Positions 1-9,634 of a DNA stretch of 64,000 bases are shown one piece after another. The translations under genes were made by a program, and so were the position numbers. Each line of letters opens with the position of its first letter. Position 1 is the first letter of the stretch. This stretch comes from an uncultured Acidobacteriota bacterium (GTDB lineage: Bacteria > Acidobacteriota > JAQAZP01). The stretch lies in assembly GCA_963836075.1 (NCBI GenBank), contig CAWIIB010000001.1, positions 1,312,001 to 1,376,000 of the forward strand, written 5' to 3'. The notes beneath the pieces were generated by a model. That model did not search any database and was not told where the DNA came from. It was given only the letters and a program-made list of their open reading frames with translations.

Positions 1-315
1 GGTGAGCCGCTGCGGTTCGCCGCCGGCCGCCGGAATGACATAGACATCCAGATTGCCGCCGTAGGCCCCGGAAAAGGCGATCTGCTTCCCGTCGGGAGAG
101 AAGTTGGGGAAATACTCGTTACCGTCATGGGTGGTGAGCCGGACGGCGGTTCCACCCCCGGAGGCTACCGTCCACAGGTCACGTTCGGCGCAGAAAACGA
201 TGCTGTTGCCATGGATATCGGGTTGCTGGAAATAGCCGTCACCGGCCATGGCCCACGGGACAGCGGCCAGGATGAAGATCAACGCGAGGCCCAGGAAGCA
301 ACGTGGTCTGTTCAT
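1..315 (-). CDS. Tricorn protease-like (S41) protein, N-terminal part; runs off the window edge
   Basis: Not in the ORF track. Manual translation from ATG at 315 (GGAGGAG RBS): MNRPRCFLGLALIFILAAVPWAMAGDGYFQQPDIHGNSIVFCAERDLWTVASGGGTAVRLTTHDGNEYFPNFSPDGKQIAFSGAYGGNLDVYVIPAAGGEPQRLT, i.e. signal peptide plus PD40-type propeller repeats typical of tricorn N-termini. Confidence 0.85.
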   Translation of the reverse strand, partial: MNRPRCFLGLALIFILAAVPWAMAGDGYFQQPDIHGNSIVFCAERDLWTVASGGGTAVRLTTHDGNEYFPNFSPDGKQIAFSGAYGGNLDVYVIPAAGGEPQRLT

Positions 316-452
316 TAACTCCTCCTCCGGGATATCAGGAAACAAGAAACCGCCTTCCCCCGGCCAGGCCTGTCCCCGGCCGCACCAGATGCTCTTCAAT
401 GCTAAACGTGAAAACAGGGGGATGGTTCATTCCGGGGAGGCGAAGAAAGGGA

Positions 453-1295
453 TCAGGAATCGTGGCCGAGCCTGAAAATCTGATCGATGGCCTCGGCGGC
501 GCCCAGGGGCAGCGAGACGTGACGGTCAGCGGGCACCCGGGGCTCCCGGGGGTTGATGCGGATCAGGGTGGCCGAGGGCGCACCGGCCACCTCTTCCGAC
601 AGGTAGCGGACCGTGGGAACGGCGGTGCCGGCGCCGATTTCGATGATCGCGATCCGCTGTCCGGACTGCCGCAGCCCGCCGAGCCAGTTCCGCATCCGCT
701 GGCCCTGCTGCTGGGCCCGCTCCACGTTCCAGTGCCAGTCGCCGAACATCAGGATGTTCGGCCGGGCCAGCCCTCCGCAGTGGGGGCAGAGCGGCAGGGC
801 GCCATGGGCCTGGAAGGCCTCCTCGTCCACCTGCACCTCGACGCCGGCGGCATCCCAGATGGCGCCGCTGCAGGGTGTGCAGCACTGCAGGTGATGAATC
901 GAGCCGTGACACTCCTCCACCAGCTCGTCGTCGAACCCGGCCCTCTGGAACTGGCCGTCCACGTTGGAGGTGAAGACATGGTAGCCGCCGGGCTTGCTCA
1001 GCCCCAACTGGCGCAGCTGGTGAAAACCCTGGTGCGGGACGGTGCGCCGGTAGAGATTCAACCGGTGGCCATAGAAGGCCCAGGCCAGGGCGGGATCCCG
1101 CTGGAACCACGCGGGATTGGCCATGTCGATGAAGGAGATTCCCAGCTTGGCGATGGGGGGGTAGGCTTTCCAGAACCCTTCGTTCCCGCGAAAGTCGGGC
1201 AGGCCGGAATCGACGCCCATGCCGGCACCGGCGCTGATCAGCAGCGCGTCGGCCTCCCGCACCGCCTCGGCGGCGCGTCTGATCGGTTCATCCAT
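453..1295 (-). CDS. Sir2-family NAD-dependent protein deacylase
   Basis: GAGMGVDSGLPDFRG, TSNVDGQFQRAG, ECHGS, Zn-binding cysteines, RPNILMFGD, EIGAG. Start trimmed to MDEPIRR. Confidence 0.93.
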   Translation of the reverse strand: MDEPIRRAAEAVREADALLISAGAGMGVDSGLPDFRGNEGFWKAYPPIAKLGISFIDMANPAWFQRDPALAWAFYGHRLNLYRRTVPHQGFHQLRQLGLSKPGGYHVFTSNVDGQFQRAGFDDELVEECHGSIHHLQCCTPCSGAIWDAAGVEVQVDEEAFQAHGALPLCPHCGGLARPNILMFGDWHWNVERAQQQGQRMRNWLGGLRQSGQRIAIIEIGAGTAVPTVRYLSEEVAGAPSATLIRINPREPRVPADRHVSLPLGAAEAIDQIFRLGHDS

Positions 1296-1305
1296 GTCGG
1301 GTTCC

Positions 1306-1701
1306 TCAGGCCGACCGTCCCACCCGGTCCACATGCGCGGCCAGCCTCTTCTTCCCCGCGGGATCCAGACGCGAGAAGAAGACTCCCACTTCGTAGCGGT
1401 CTCCTCCGGGAACATCCACGTCCGGAGCGACCCAGACCACCGTGCCCTCGCCCTTGACCGAGACCGGGCCGTTCCCATCACCCGGAATGCCGTTGTCGCC
1501 GGAAAACATGATCTCCAGCTCGAAACGGGTCATCGGCTCCAGCGGCAGATCGGACTTGAAGTAGAGCCCCGATGTGCTGAGGTTCACCGTTTCGAACGAA
1601 GAGAGCCGCAGGTCACCATCAACTCCTCCGAGGGCCGCCCGGAACCGCAGCTTTGACTGAACCCGCGTCGCCCCCCGACGGTCCTGATCGCGCTTCGACA
1701 T
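1306..1701 (-). CDS. PilZ-domain (c-di-GMP receptor) protein
   Basis: RRGATR (RxxxR) and NLSTSG (D/NxSxxG) motifs, GTVVW..YEVGVFF. Start trimmed to MSKRDQ. Confidence 0.8.
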   Translation of the reverse strand: MSKRDQDRRGATRVQSKLRFRAALGGVDGDLRLSSFETVNLSTSGLYFKSDLPLEPMTRFELEIMFSGDNGIPGDGNGPVSVKGEGTVVWVAPDVDVPGGDRYEVGVFFSRLDPAGKKRLAAHVDRVGRSA

Positions 1702-1903
1702 CTGTATGGATCCCTCCCCAACCGGGACAGGGCCGGGGCCCGAAGGCGCACCGGCAATGCCTGTGCATCTGGTGTTCGTTTCCGTTTCCGTGGAAGACAC
1801 TGCCGGGCGGCGGGACACCGCCGCCTCGCTTGAGAGGAGTTTACAGGCAAGCCAGGGGAAAGGTCAAACAGACGGGGAAAGGGCAGGTTGCAAGGCCCAA
1901 TGC

Positions 1904-3322
1904 CTATTTGCCGGTGAGGAACCGCTTCAGCTTGTAGGTGTAGAGCACCAGGGGGAAGATCAGGTCGTAGAGCGATTTGGTGAGCGTGCCGGGTATGGGA
2001 ATGCGCGAGAGGGTGCGCACCACGAAGGCCCAGCGGGGGTAGGAGACCTCCCAGGGGAAGACGTTGTGGTAGTACGCCACTTTTCGCGGCGTGATGGAGG
2101 GCTGGTCGAGCATGGTGACATTCTGGAAGAAGGAGTGGATCTGGCGGTTCGAGATCCAGCCCTTTTCCTTGCACTCGCGGTAGAGGGCAGTGCCCTTGTA
2201 CGGCCGGAACACCGATACAAAGGGGGTCTCCGGGCGGACCTCCCGGTTCAGGGCGATGGTCCGGCGGATATTTTCCTCGGTCTCTCCGGGCAGGCCCACC
2301 ATGTTGAAGGTCCAGAGGCTTATGCCGGCTTCGTGCACCAGCGTGCAGACCTGGCGGATGGTGTCGTTGGAGATCTTCTTCCCCACCACCTTGCTCCGCA
2401 GTTCCTCGTCGCCGCTCTCGATCCCCAGGCGGAACTGGAAGCAGTTGGCCTCCTTCATCCAGCGGATCACGTTTTCATCAAGCTGGTCAAAGCGGGTGGA
2501 GCAGGCAAAGGGCCGGTCCACCCGCCGGGCGTATTCCTCGCAAAAGGACCTGATCCATTTGCGATTGTGGGTGAAGGTCTCGTCCTCGAAAACCACTTGG
2601 CGCACACCCTTGTAGCGGTCCAGGACCTCCACCACCTCGTCCACCACGTGTGACGGGCTCCGCTGGCGGACATAACGGCCGCAACCCTGGTAGATCTTGC
2701 GCAGGGCGTGATTGGCGCAGTAGGGGCAGAGGAAGGGGCAGCCCCGCCCGGTGGAGAAGGAGGCCTTGCCGGTGCGCGAGACGATCTGCTGGTACTCAAA
2801 GAGCTCGCGGTCCGGGAATCCCAGCCAGTCCAGGTCCTCCACCAGGGGCCCCAGCTCGTTCTTCACCACTTCGCCCTCATGGCTGAACCAGAAGTTGAGG
2901 ATCTCCCACGGCTCCCCCCCCCCTTCCAGGGAACTGGCCAGGGCCGTCAGGGCCAGGTCACCCTCGCCGACGCAGATGCCCAGCAGCCCGGGAAGGGCCA
3001 CGGCCTCCTCCGGGGCCATGGTGGCGTGAAGGCCGCCCAGCACCACCAGGGGCCGGGGCTCTTTCATCCCGCCGATCTGCCGCACCACCCTCGACGCCAG
3101 CGGGAACTGGTCACTGGTGGCGGAGACGGCCACCAGGTTGGGGCGGAAGAGTTTCAGCGCCCGCTTGATCACGCCGGGCTGGTAGCTGTTGATATTGAGC
3201 AGCGCGGTCTGGTGGCCGTCGCGGACCAGCATCGACGACAGGTAGCCGATGCCGTAGTTGTAAGCGCGGGCGGCCACCACGGTGTGTGCCGGCGGGAAGG
3301 GATAGATGAAGAGTATTTTCAC
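1904..3322 (-). CDS. B12-binding radical SAM enzyme
   Basis: N-terminal cobalamin-binding region (GIGYLSS, GGLHAT, GEGD), GRGCPFLCPYC CxxxCxxC, FEDETF, GIESG, GLPGET. Confidence 0.92.
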   Translation of the reverse strand: MKILFIYPFPPAHTVVAARAYNYGIGYLSSMLVRDGHQTALLNINSYQPGVIKRALKLFRPNLVAVSATSDQFPLASRVVRQIGGMKEPRPLVVLGGLHATMAPEEAVALPGLLGICVGEGDLALTALASSLEGGGEPWEILNFWFSHEGEVVKNELGPLVEDLDWLGFPDRELFEYQQIVSRTGKASFSTGRGCPFLCPYCANHALRKIYQGCGRYVRQRSPSHVVDEVVEVLDRYKGVRQVVFEDETFTHNRKWIRSFCEEYARRVDRPFACSTRFDQLDENVIRWMKEANCFQFRLGIESGDEELRSKVVGKKISNDTIRQVCTLVHEAGISLWTFNMVGLPGETEENIRRTIALNREVRPETPFVSVFRPYKGTALYRECKEKGWISNRQIHSFFQNVTMLDQPSITPRKVAYYHNVFPWEVSYPRWAFVVRTLSRIPIPGTLTKSLYDLIFPLVLYTYKLKRFLTGK

Positions 3323-4218
3323 CGGCCACCCCCTTCATCCTTCCCCGCCGCCAGGTCCCGGTAGGTCACGATGCTGATGCCCAGCGATTCCACGAATCGG
3401 CGGGCCTCCCCGGAGCAGAGCAGGGCCAGTTCGGTGGCCCAGTGAAAATCCCAGGGACTGCCATAGCCGGCCTCTCGCAACTGGGTGCGCAGATTCGTCC
3501 GCGACCCCTCACCGGGATGGCACATCAGTTCGGCGGTGACCGCCGGACCGTCGGAGAAGGCCTTGACCAGCCGGCGGAATGCCTCGAGGGTCAGCCGGCC
3601 GCTGCAGCCGGTGCCCAGTAACGCGTCGGGCCTGGCGAAAAAATCTCCATAGACCCTGGCGCTGCGCCGCGCGCCCAGGCGGAGCAGCCGGCCCTTCCAG
3701 CCGCTGCCGCCGCCGTCGCCGGGTCCGTTTAACCGGGGCAGCCGAACCGCCGGAATGCCGTATTCCCGCGCCAGACCGGCGAACACCGGAGCCAGCGGGG
3801 GAAAGAGGTGCAGGTGCTGGTGCCCGTCCATGTGATCGGGCCGGATGCCGGTGCCGAGGATCCGCTCCAGCTGGGCCCGCAGTTCGGTGGTCACCCGTTG
3901 CAGGTTGACCCGCCGCAGGACAAAAAAGTCGCCAATGAAATGGCGGTAGTCCGCCGGCAACAGGTTCTCCGGCCCCCGGCCCAGGCCGCCGTCCTCCCAG
4001 GCGGTGAGCGCCCGGCCCTCGGCCAGGGCCAGGTGCGCCCCCACCCCGATGTCGGGACGGGACCGGCACAGCGCGACGCCGCTGTCAAAAGCGGGACCGT
4101 TGGCCAGCAGCGAGAGGCTGCTCACGATCCCCTCGCCCGCGGCCCGGGCCAACCCGCGGTCGATCCCGGGCAACAGCCCCAGGTCGTCGCCGTTGATCAC
4201 CAGCCGCTTGACCGTCAT
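3319..4218 (-). CDS. YdjC/ChbG/HpnK-family carbohydrate deacetylase
   Basis: INGDDLG, GAHL, DHMDGHQHLH, ELMCHPG motifs; 4-bp overlaps with both neighbours. Confidence 0.92.
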   Translation of the reverse strand: MTVKRLVINGDDLGLLPGIDRGLARAAGEGIVSSLSLLANGPAFDSGVALCRSRPDIGVGAHLALAEGRALTAWEDGGLGRGPENLLPADYRHFIGDFFVLRRVNLQRVTTELRAQLERILGTGIRPDHMDGHQHLHLFPPLAPVFAGLAREYGIPAVRLPRLNGPGDGGGSGWKGRLLRLGARRSARVYGDFFARPDALLGTGCSGRLTLEAFRRLVKAFSDGPAVTAELMCHPGEGSRTNLRTQLREAGYGSPWDFHWATELALLCSGEARRFVESLGISIVTYRDLAAGKDEGGGR

Positions 4219-5000
4219 CGCCCTTCCCCCACCGGGGCCGGCCCTGACGGCCTCTGCCCGCCGCGGGTCATCAGGTAGGCCGTCAGTTCCAACAGAATCT
4301 TGACGATCACCGCCGGGGAGGCCAGGGTGGAAACCCCGGCGGTGCGCGGGAAGTATCGCACCCCCACCTCCTCGATGGCAAAACCGGCTTTCCGCGCTTC
4401 GATCAGTACTTCGGCATCGATGAAGGAGCCGTTGGAACGGAGCTCGATGCGCTCCAGCACCTGCCGCCGGAAGAGCTTGAAGGAGAAATTGATGTCGCGG
4501 AAACGGAACCCGAAGAGAAAATTGATCAGCCAGTTGTAAGTCCGGGAGTAGACCGTGCGCAGCAGCGTCTCGTCGCGGTTCAGCCGGTAGCCGGTGACCA
4601 CGTCCACGCCGCCGGCGGCCACCAGCGAAAAGGCGGCGGTCATGTCGGCGAAATCGATGGGGTTGTCCGCGTCGGTGTAAAAGACCAGCTCCATCCGGCT
4701 GGCCGCAAACCCGGCCTTGAGCGCTCCCCCCAGCTTGAGGTTGCGCGGCAGGTGGATCACCCGGACGTGCGGGTCAGCGGCGGCCAGGCGGTCGGCAATC
4801 ACGGCCGTCCCGTCGGTTGAGGCATCGTTGACCACGATCACCTCGTGCTCGACGCCGACGGCGTCCAGCGCGGCGCGGGCACCGCGTACCGACCGCTCGA
4901 TATTCCCCTCCTCGTTGTAGGTGGGGAAGAACACGGAAACCGATTGCGCGGCTCCATCGCCGGCGGCCAGGGCCCGCGCTTTTTCAGACAACTGGATCAT
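4215..5000 (-). CDS. GT2 glycosyltransferase, Dpm1/polyprenol-phosphate sugar synthase-like
   Basis: FFPTYNEE, VNDASTDGT, YTDAD, FKLFRR. Confidence 0.9.
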   Translation of the reverse strand: MIQLSEKARALAAGDGAAQSVSVFFPTYNEEGNIERSVRGARAALDAVGVEHEVIVVNDASTDGTAVIADRLAAADPHVRVIHLPRNLKLGGALKAGFAASRMELVFYTDADNPIDFADMTAAFSLVAAGGVDVVTGYRLNRDETLLRTVYSRTYNWLINFLFGFRFRDINFSFKLFRRQVLERIELRSNGSFIDAEVLIEARKAGFAIEEVGVRYFPRTAGVSTLASPAVIVKILLELTAYLMTRGGQRPSGPAPVGEGR

Positions 5001-6478
5001 CAGACCCGCCGTAACTTGAGCAGCGTCCGCCGGAGCCCGGTGGGGGTCAGGAGCTGGCCCGCCAGACGGGCGGCACGCCGCGGCTTGAGGTAGAAACGGT
5101 AATAGGCCCGTTTTTTCAGGCGTTCGATCTGCTCCCCGGTGAGCCCCTTTTCCGGATCGGCGTAGACCGAGACGTGGAAGCAGTCGAAATCCTCGAAGGG
5201 CTTGTCGATATGCTGGCGTGTCCGGTCATAGAGCGTGGTGTGGGGAAAGGGGGTGGTGATGTCGAACACCGCATCGTCGAAGGGCAGACGCTCGGCGAAC
5301 CGGACGGTGGCCTCGATCTCCTCCGCCGTCTCCGAGTAGGCGCCCATCATGAAATACCCCTGGACCTTCAGCCCCACCGACTTGGCCAGGTGTACCGCCC
5401 GCTCCACCGACTCCACGGTTTCGCGCTTGTCGTAGATCTCCTCCAGCACCCGGGGCACGGCCGACTCCACCCCGATGTTCACCTTGCGCAACCCGGCCTC
5501 CTTCATCAAGAGCAGCTGGTCCCGCTGGGCCAGGTCAGCCCGGATGTTGCAGCACCAGTGGAGGCCCAGACGCCGTTCGATCAACAACTCACAGATCCCG
5601 GCCACCCACTTGCGGTCGAGGATGAACAGCGAGTCCTCGAACATGAAGGCCTCGATCTTGAAACGGTCCCGGATCGCCTCGATCTCGTCCACCACCGGGC
5701 CCGGGCTGCGCTTGCGTATCCGCTTGCCGAAGATGCTGGAGATGGTGGGCTGACAGAAGGTACAGGTGTAGGGGCAGCCCCGGGAGGCAATCACCGAGGT
5801 GCCGCGCAGACCGGGCTTCCAGGAGTCCATGGAGTACCAGCTGCGGAAGTAGTTCTCCATCTCGAAGAGGTGCCGGGCCGGTGGAGGCACGCTGTCCAGG
5901 TCGAGAGTGAAGGGTCGCCGCGGGGTGGTGACCAGTTCCACTTCGCCGTTGCGGCCCTTCCCGCCGCGAAAGGCGATACCCTGGATCGAATCGCTCGGAC
6001 CGCCCGCTTCCAGCAGTTCGGCCAGTGTCTCCTCGCCCTCGCCAATACAGACGGTATCGACGTTGCGGTCCTCCAGTACGCTCTCCGGCAGCACCGTGGG
6101 ATGGGGGCCGCCGAAAATCACCTGGCAGCCGGGGGCCGCCGCCTTGGCCAGGGCAGCGGCGCGCCGGGCTTCGCGCAGGTGCGGCGTGACCACCGAGAGC
6201 CCCACCACGTCGTAGCGCCGCTCCCGGAACCGCTGTTCCAGCATGGCAAAGGGGTCCCGGGCAAAGGAGAGGTCGAGGATCTCCACGTCGGCGTCGGCGT
6301 GCTTTTCCAGCCAGCTGGCAAGATAGCCGATGCCCAGCGGCGGCTGGCCGCTGGGATACTTGACCTCGGGAAAAACCAGGGCCACCTTCGGCCGGCTGCC
6401 GGACCGCTGACGGAGCACTCCCGGCGCCCCGGCCGGCGATCCGTTCCCCGTGATGTCCTGCCCCGCATCAGAGGTCAC
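5000..6478 (-). CDS. B12-binding radical SAM enzyme
   Basis: PPLGIGYLAS, GGPHPT, GEGE, SRGCPYTCTFC, GVES, TPFPHT. Confidence 0.92.
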   Translation of the reverse strand: MTSDAGQDITGNGSPAGAPGVLRQRSGSRPKVALVFPEVKYPSGQPPLGIGYLASWLEKHADADVEILDLSFARDPFAMLEQRFRERRYDVVGLSVVTPHLREARRAAALAKAAAPGCQVIFGGPHPTVLPESVLEDRNVDTVCIGEGEETLAELLEAGGPSDSIQGIAFRGGKGRNGEVELVTTPRRPFTLDLDSVPPPARHLFEMENYFRSWYSMDSWKPGLRGTSVIASRGCPYTCTFCQPTISSIFGKRIRKRSPGPVVDEIEAIRDRFKIEAFMFEDSLFILDRKWVAGICELLIERRLGLHWCCNIRADLAQRDQLLLMKEAGLRKVNIGVESAVPRVLEEIYDKRETVESVERAVHLAKSVGLKVQGYFMMGAYSETAEEIEATVRFAERLPFDDAVFDITTPFPHTTLYDRTRQHIDKPFEDFDCFHVSVYADPEKGLTGEQIERLKKRAYYRFYLKPRRAARLAGQLLTPTGLRRTLLKLRRV

Positions 6479-7878
6479 TGCCCGTCCTCCCCTTCCCGGC
6501 CCGCCCCGCGAAACCAGCGCCAGAGCGCCACAACGGCATAGGCGGCCAGAATACCCATCAGCGGGTCCACCGGCAAGCGGTATCGTATCCCGCCGTGAAA
6601 CAGTGTGTGCAGGCCGATGGTGTAGAGCACCAGCGACACCGGCACCAGGGCCCCGCGGACCCGCCGGCGCCAGGCGAGGTAGACCCCTGACGCGGACAGC
6701 GGCAGCACCAGGCCGTAGGAAAGCAGGCCGGCCAGCAGGTAGAGCGCCCCGCGGGACCGGCTCCCGGTGACCGACATCAGCCAGACGAATCGGCGCACAC
6801 AGAGGGAGGCGAAGTAGGCCGGGTTGGCGCTGATGAAGGCCACTGCCCGGCTGGTGATCAGCCGGTTCCTCTGCACCTCGCTCAACCCCTCCAGGTCAGG
6901 GTATTCCAGCAGTTCGGTTTTCTCAAGGCGGGCCGCCAGCCCGTCGGGGAAACCGAGGCCGGCCTCGAGGAACTCCGGCCGCACCACGTCGGGGTGGTTG
7001 CGCATCCAGAGGTTCAGACCGCCCTTGGTGGGCATCAAAACAAACTCGTCGTGGACCCGGTAGTTGCGCACCACCCAGGGGGAGACCGTCACGGCAAAGG
7101 CCAGGCCGCACAGCAGGACGGCCACCACACCACGGCGGCGGCCCAGGGCGAATAGCATCAGCAGCGCCGCCAGGGGGAGGAAGAGGATGATGCTCGATCG
7201 GGCGAGAAAGGTCAGTCCGGCAAAAATACCCACCAGCAGTGCCAGGGTGGACGGTGACAACCGGCAGCCCCCCCGCTCACCGGCACCGGGCAGGGCAACA
7301 CCCGGACCGGCCACCAGGCAGGTCAGCGCCCAGGCCATGGCGGCGAGGAGCATGACGTAGAGGTTTTCCCCGGCCAGCAGACCGGTGTAATAGACGAGAT
7401 AGGGGTAGAGCGCGGTGATGATCCCGGCAATCACGGCGGTCGGACCGTCGCGGAAACAGCAGCGGGCGGTGCCGTAGATGGCCAGCGCGGCCAGGGCCCC
7501 GAACAGCGCCTGGAGCAGGCGCACCACCAGGTAATTGCCCGGCCCGGCCACCCGGTAGACCAGGCCCAGGGTAACCGGGTAGAGCGGCGGGATGACCGAG
7601 GAGGGCCGCTCCGCAGGAGTGATGCCGAAATGGTGGTCGGGCCGGCGGACCCAGTCCGCCAGGGAGTCGCCGCGCCCGGCATTCCCGGCCCGCTTGAGGT
7701 CCGCATCACTCTGGCGGAAGGAGAGCCCCTGCCCCTGGGCCACACTGGCGGCCAGCCGGTCGTAGAGCCCCTGGTCGCCGCCGGCCGGGAGCAGCCGGTC
7801 CGCGGGGAGCAGCAGGACAAAGACCAGCCGGGCCAGCAGGGCGAGAAGAAAAACCCAGAGTGCCGGGCGCCTGGTCAT
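6475..7878 (-). CDS. GT-C fold membrane glycosyltransferase (ArnT/PMT-like)
   Basis: Multi-TM; GGDQGLY loop acid, PPLYP, SPWVVRNY, RYRLP. Start trimmed to MTRRPALW. Confidence 0.82.
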   Translation of the reverse strand: MTRRPALWVFLLALLARLVFVLLLPADRLLPAGGDQGLYDRLAASVAQGQGLSFRQSDADLKRAGNAGRGDSLADWVRRPDHHFGITPAERPSSVIPPLYPVTLGLVYRVAGPGNYLVVRLLQALFGALAALAIYGTARCCFRDGPTAVIAGIITALYPYLVYYTGLLAGENLYVMLLAAMAWALTCLVAGPGVALPGAGERGGCRLSPSTLALLVGIFAGLTFLARSSIILFLPLAALLMLFALGRRRGVVAVLLCGLAFAVTVSPWVVRNYRVHDEFVLMPTKGGLNLWMRNHPDVVRPEFLEAGLGFPDGLAARLEKTELLEYPDLEGLSEVQRNRLITSRAVAFISANPAYFASLCVRRFVWLMSVTGSRSRGALYLLAGLLSYGLVLPLSASGVYLAWRRRVRGALVPVSLVLYTIGLHTLFHGGIRYRLPVDPLMGILAAYAVVALWRWFRGAGREGEDGQ

Positions 7879-7897
7879 CGGTCTGCCTCCCCGGGAA

Positions 7898-8662
7898 TCA
7901 TCGGAGCTCTTTCCAGAGGCGACGGATCTCGCCGAGGATCTCGGTGACCACCGACGGCCGGACAAAACCGAAGTTCTGCCAGCGGCCGATGTTGTACGAA
8001 GTGGCTCCGTGTGTCCGAGGGTAGTGCTGCACTCCCACCTCGCAGAAACGGCGGCCATCCTTTATCGCCTTGATCAGGATTTCGGCGTCGGCCAGTCCGC
8101 TGGTGGCGCTGATGGTCATGTCCTGGAAGATTTCCCGCCGGAAGACCTTGAACGAGCAGTCCACGTCCCGGACCCGCAGGCCGAAGAGAAAGCGGATCAT
8201 CAGGTTGTAGACCCAGGCGGTGAAGATGCGCATCTTCGGGTCCTGGCGGTCGATCCGGTAGCCCACCACCATGTCCCAGCCCTCGTCGAGACGCTCCAGC
8301 AGGGTGGTGATTTCCCGCATGTCGAACTGGTTGTCGGAGTCGGTGTAGAAGATCAGATCCCTGGTGGAGTTTTCGATCCCCGAACGGAGGGCCGCGCCAA
8401 AACCGCGGTTTTCCGCGTGGCGCACCACCTTGACCCGGGGATCGCGCCGGGCCAGTTCGTCGGACAGCTTCGAGGTTCCGTCACGGCTGCCGTCATCGAC
8501 GATGATGATTTCAAAGTCACGGCAGAACGTCCCCAGCACCTCGGTGGCCTGATTCACCGCCCGCTCGATGTTGTCTTCCTCGTTGTAGGTGGGGAAGAAC
8601 ACCGACACGCTCTGATCGAAGCCTTGCATCACGTTTCCGCTCTCCGTTTCCTCCGGGATCAT
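7898..8662 (-). CDS. GT2 glycosyltransferase, Dpm1-like (paralog of 4215-5000)
   Basis: FFPTYNEE, VDDGSRDGT, YTDSD, DVDCSFKVFRR. Confidence 0.9.
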   Translation of the reverse strand: MIPEETESGNVMQGFDQSVSVFFPTYNEEDNIERAVNQATEVLGTFCRDFEIIIVDDGSRDGTSKLSDELARRDPRVKVVRHAENRGFGAALRSGIENSTRDLIFYTDSDNQFDMREITTLLERLDEGWDMVVGYRIDRQDPKMRIFTAWVYNLMIRFLFGLRVRDVDCSFKVFRREIFQDMTISATSGLADAEILIKAIKDGRRFCEVGVQHYPRTHGATSYNIGRWQNFGFVRPSVVTEILGEIRRLWKELR

Positions 8663-9594
8663 CCCACCCGCCGGGCGACGATCTTCATCTGGTCCCGCGG
8701 GTCGACAGCTATTTCCATCCGCCCCAGGCCGGTGGCGTCCAGCACCGAGCCCACGGTGCGGTGCACCAGGGGCTGGTCACGAAACAGGTTGTTCAGATAG
8801 GCCAGTTTAGCTCTCTTGGGATAGGTCCCCACCTGTTCCACACGAAAGCCGCTCTTCTCCAGCAGACGGGTGACGGTCTCCCGGGTGAAGTAGTAGAGGT
8901 GCATCCGGATAACCGCCCACCAGCGCTCACCCAGCAGCCGGGCCCAGAAGGACTCGGCATCGGGCACCAGCAGCACCAGCAGGGCACCGGGCCGCATGAT
9001 GCGGTGCGCCTCGGCCAGTTCGGCCAGGGGATCGTTCATATGCTCGATCACGTCCCAGAAACTGACCAGCTGGAAGATCCCGTCAGGATAGCCCTGGTCC
9101 CGCAACTGCCCGCCGCTGATCTCCAGCCCCGCCTCGCGGCCCAGTTCCACCATCCAGCTGTTCAGTTCCACGCCCCGCGCCGGGTCCCAGCCGCGTCGCC
9201 GGGCCGCTTCGAGGAAATAGCCTGACCCGCAGCCCACGTCGAGAACCGGTCCCGGGGGACCGTGCTCTTCCAGTTCCATGAGATCGTGCTCGAAATGCTC
9301 CACCCGCTCCTCGCGCAGCGAAGCGTAGCGCTCGTCCCGCAGGCGGCGGTAGATCCCCGCCCCGCCGGCCTGGGTGGGCCGGGGACTGACATAGACCAGC
9401 CCGCAGCGCACACAGCGGACAATGCGGTGGTGGCGCTGGACCCCCAGGCTTACCGAGGCGTAGGTGTAGTCGAACTCCTCCAGCCGGGGGTCGGCGTCCC
9501 CGCGCTGGAGGTTCGACTGCCAGACCGTCCGGGCCTCCCTGCTGCCGCAGAGCATGCAGTGGACCTGTTCAAGACCGTTCTCCGGATCAGTCAT
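8659..9594 (-). CDS. Class I SAM-dependent methyltransferase with N-terminal Zn-finger
   Basis: CMLC...CVRCGL, VLDVGCGSG, WDVIEH, HLYYF. Confidence 0.9.
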   Translation of the reverse strand: MTDPENGLEQVHCMLCGSREARTVWQSNLQRGDADPRLEEFDYTYASVSLGVQRHHRIVRCVRCGLVYVSPRPTQAGGAGIYRRLRDERYASLREERVEHFEHDLMELEEHGPPGPVLDVGCGSGYFLEAARRRGWDPARGVELNSWMVELGREAGLEISGGQLRDQGYPDGIFQLVSFWDVIEHMNDPLAELAEAHRIMRPGALLVLLVPDAESFWARLLGERWWAVIRMHLYYFTRETVTRLLEKSGFRVEQVGTYPKRAKLAYLNNLFRDQPLVHRTVGSVLDATGLGRMEIAVDPRDQMKIVARRVG

Positions 9595-9634
9595 CCGGTC
9601 AACCTTTCATCAAAAACCGGCACGGTTCAAGGGA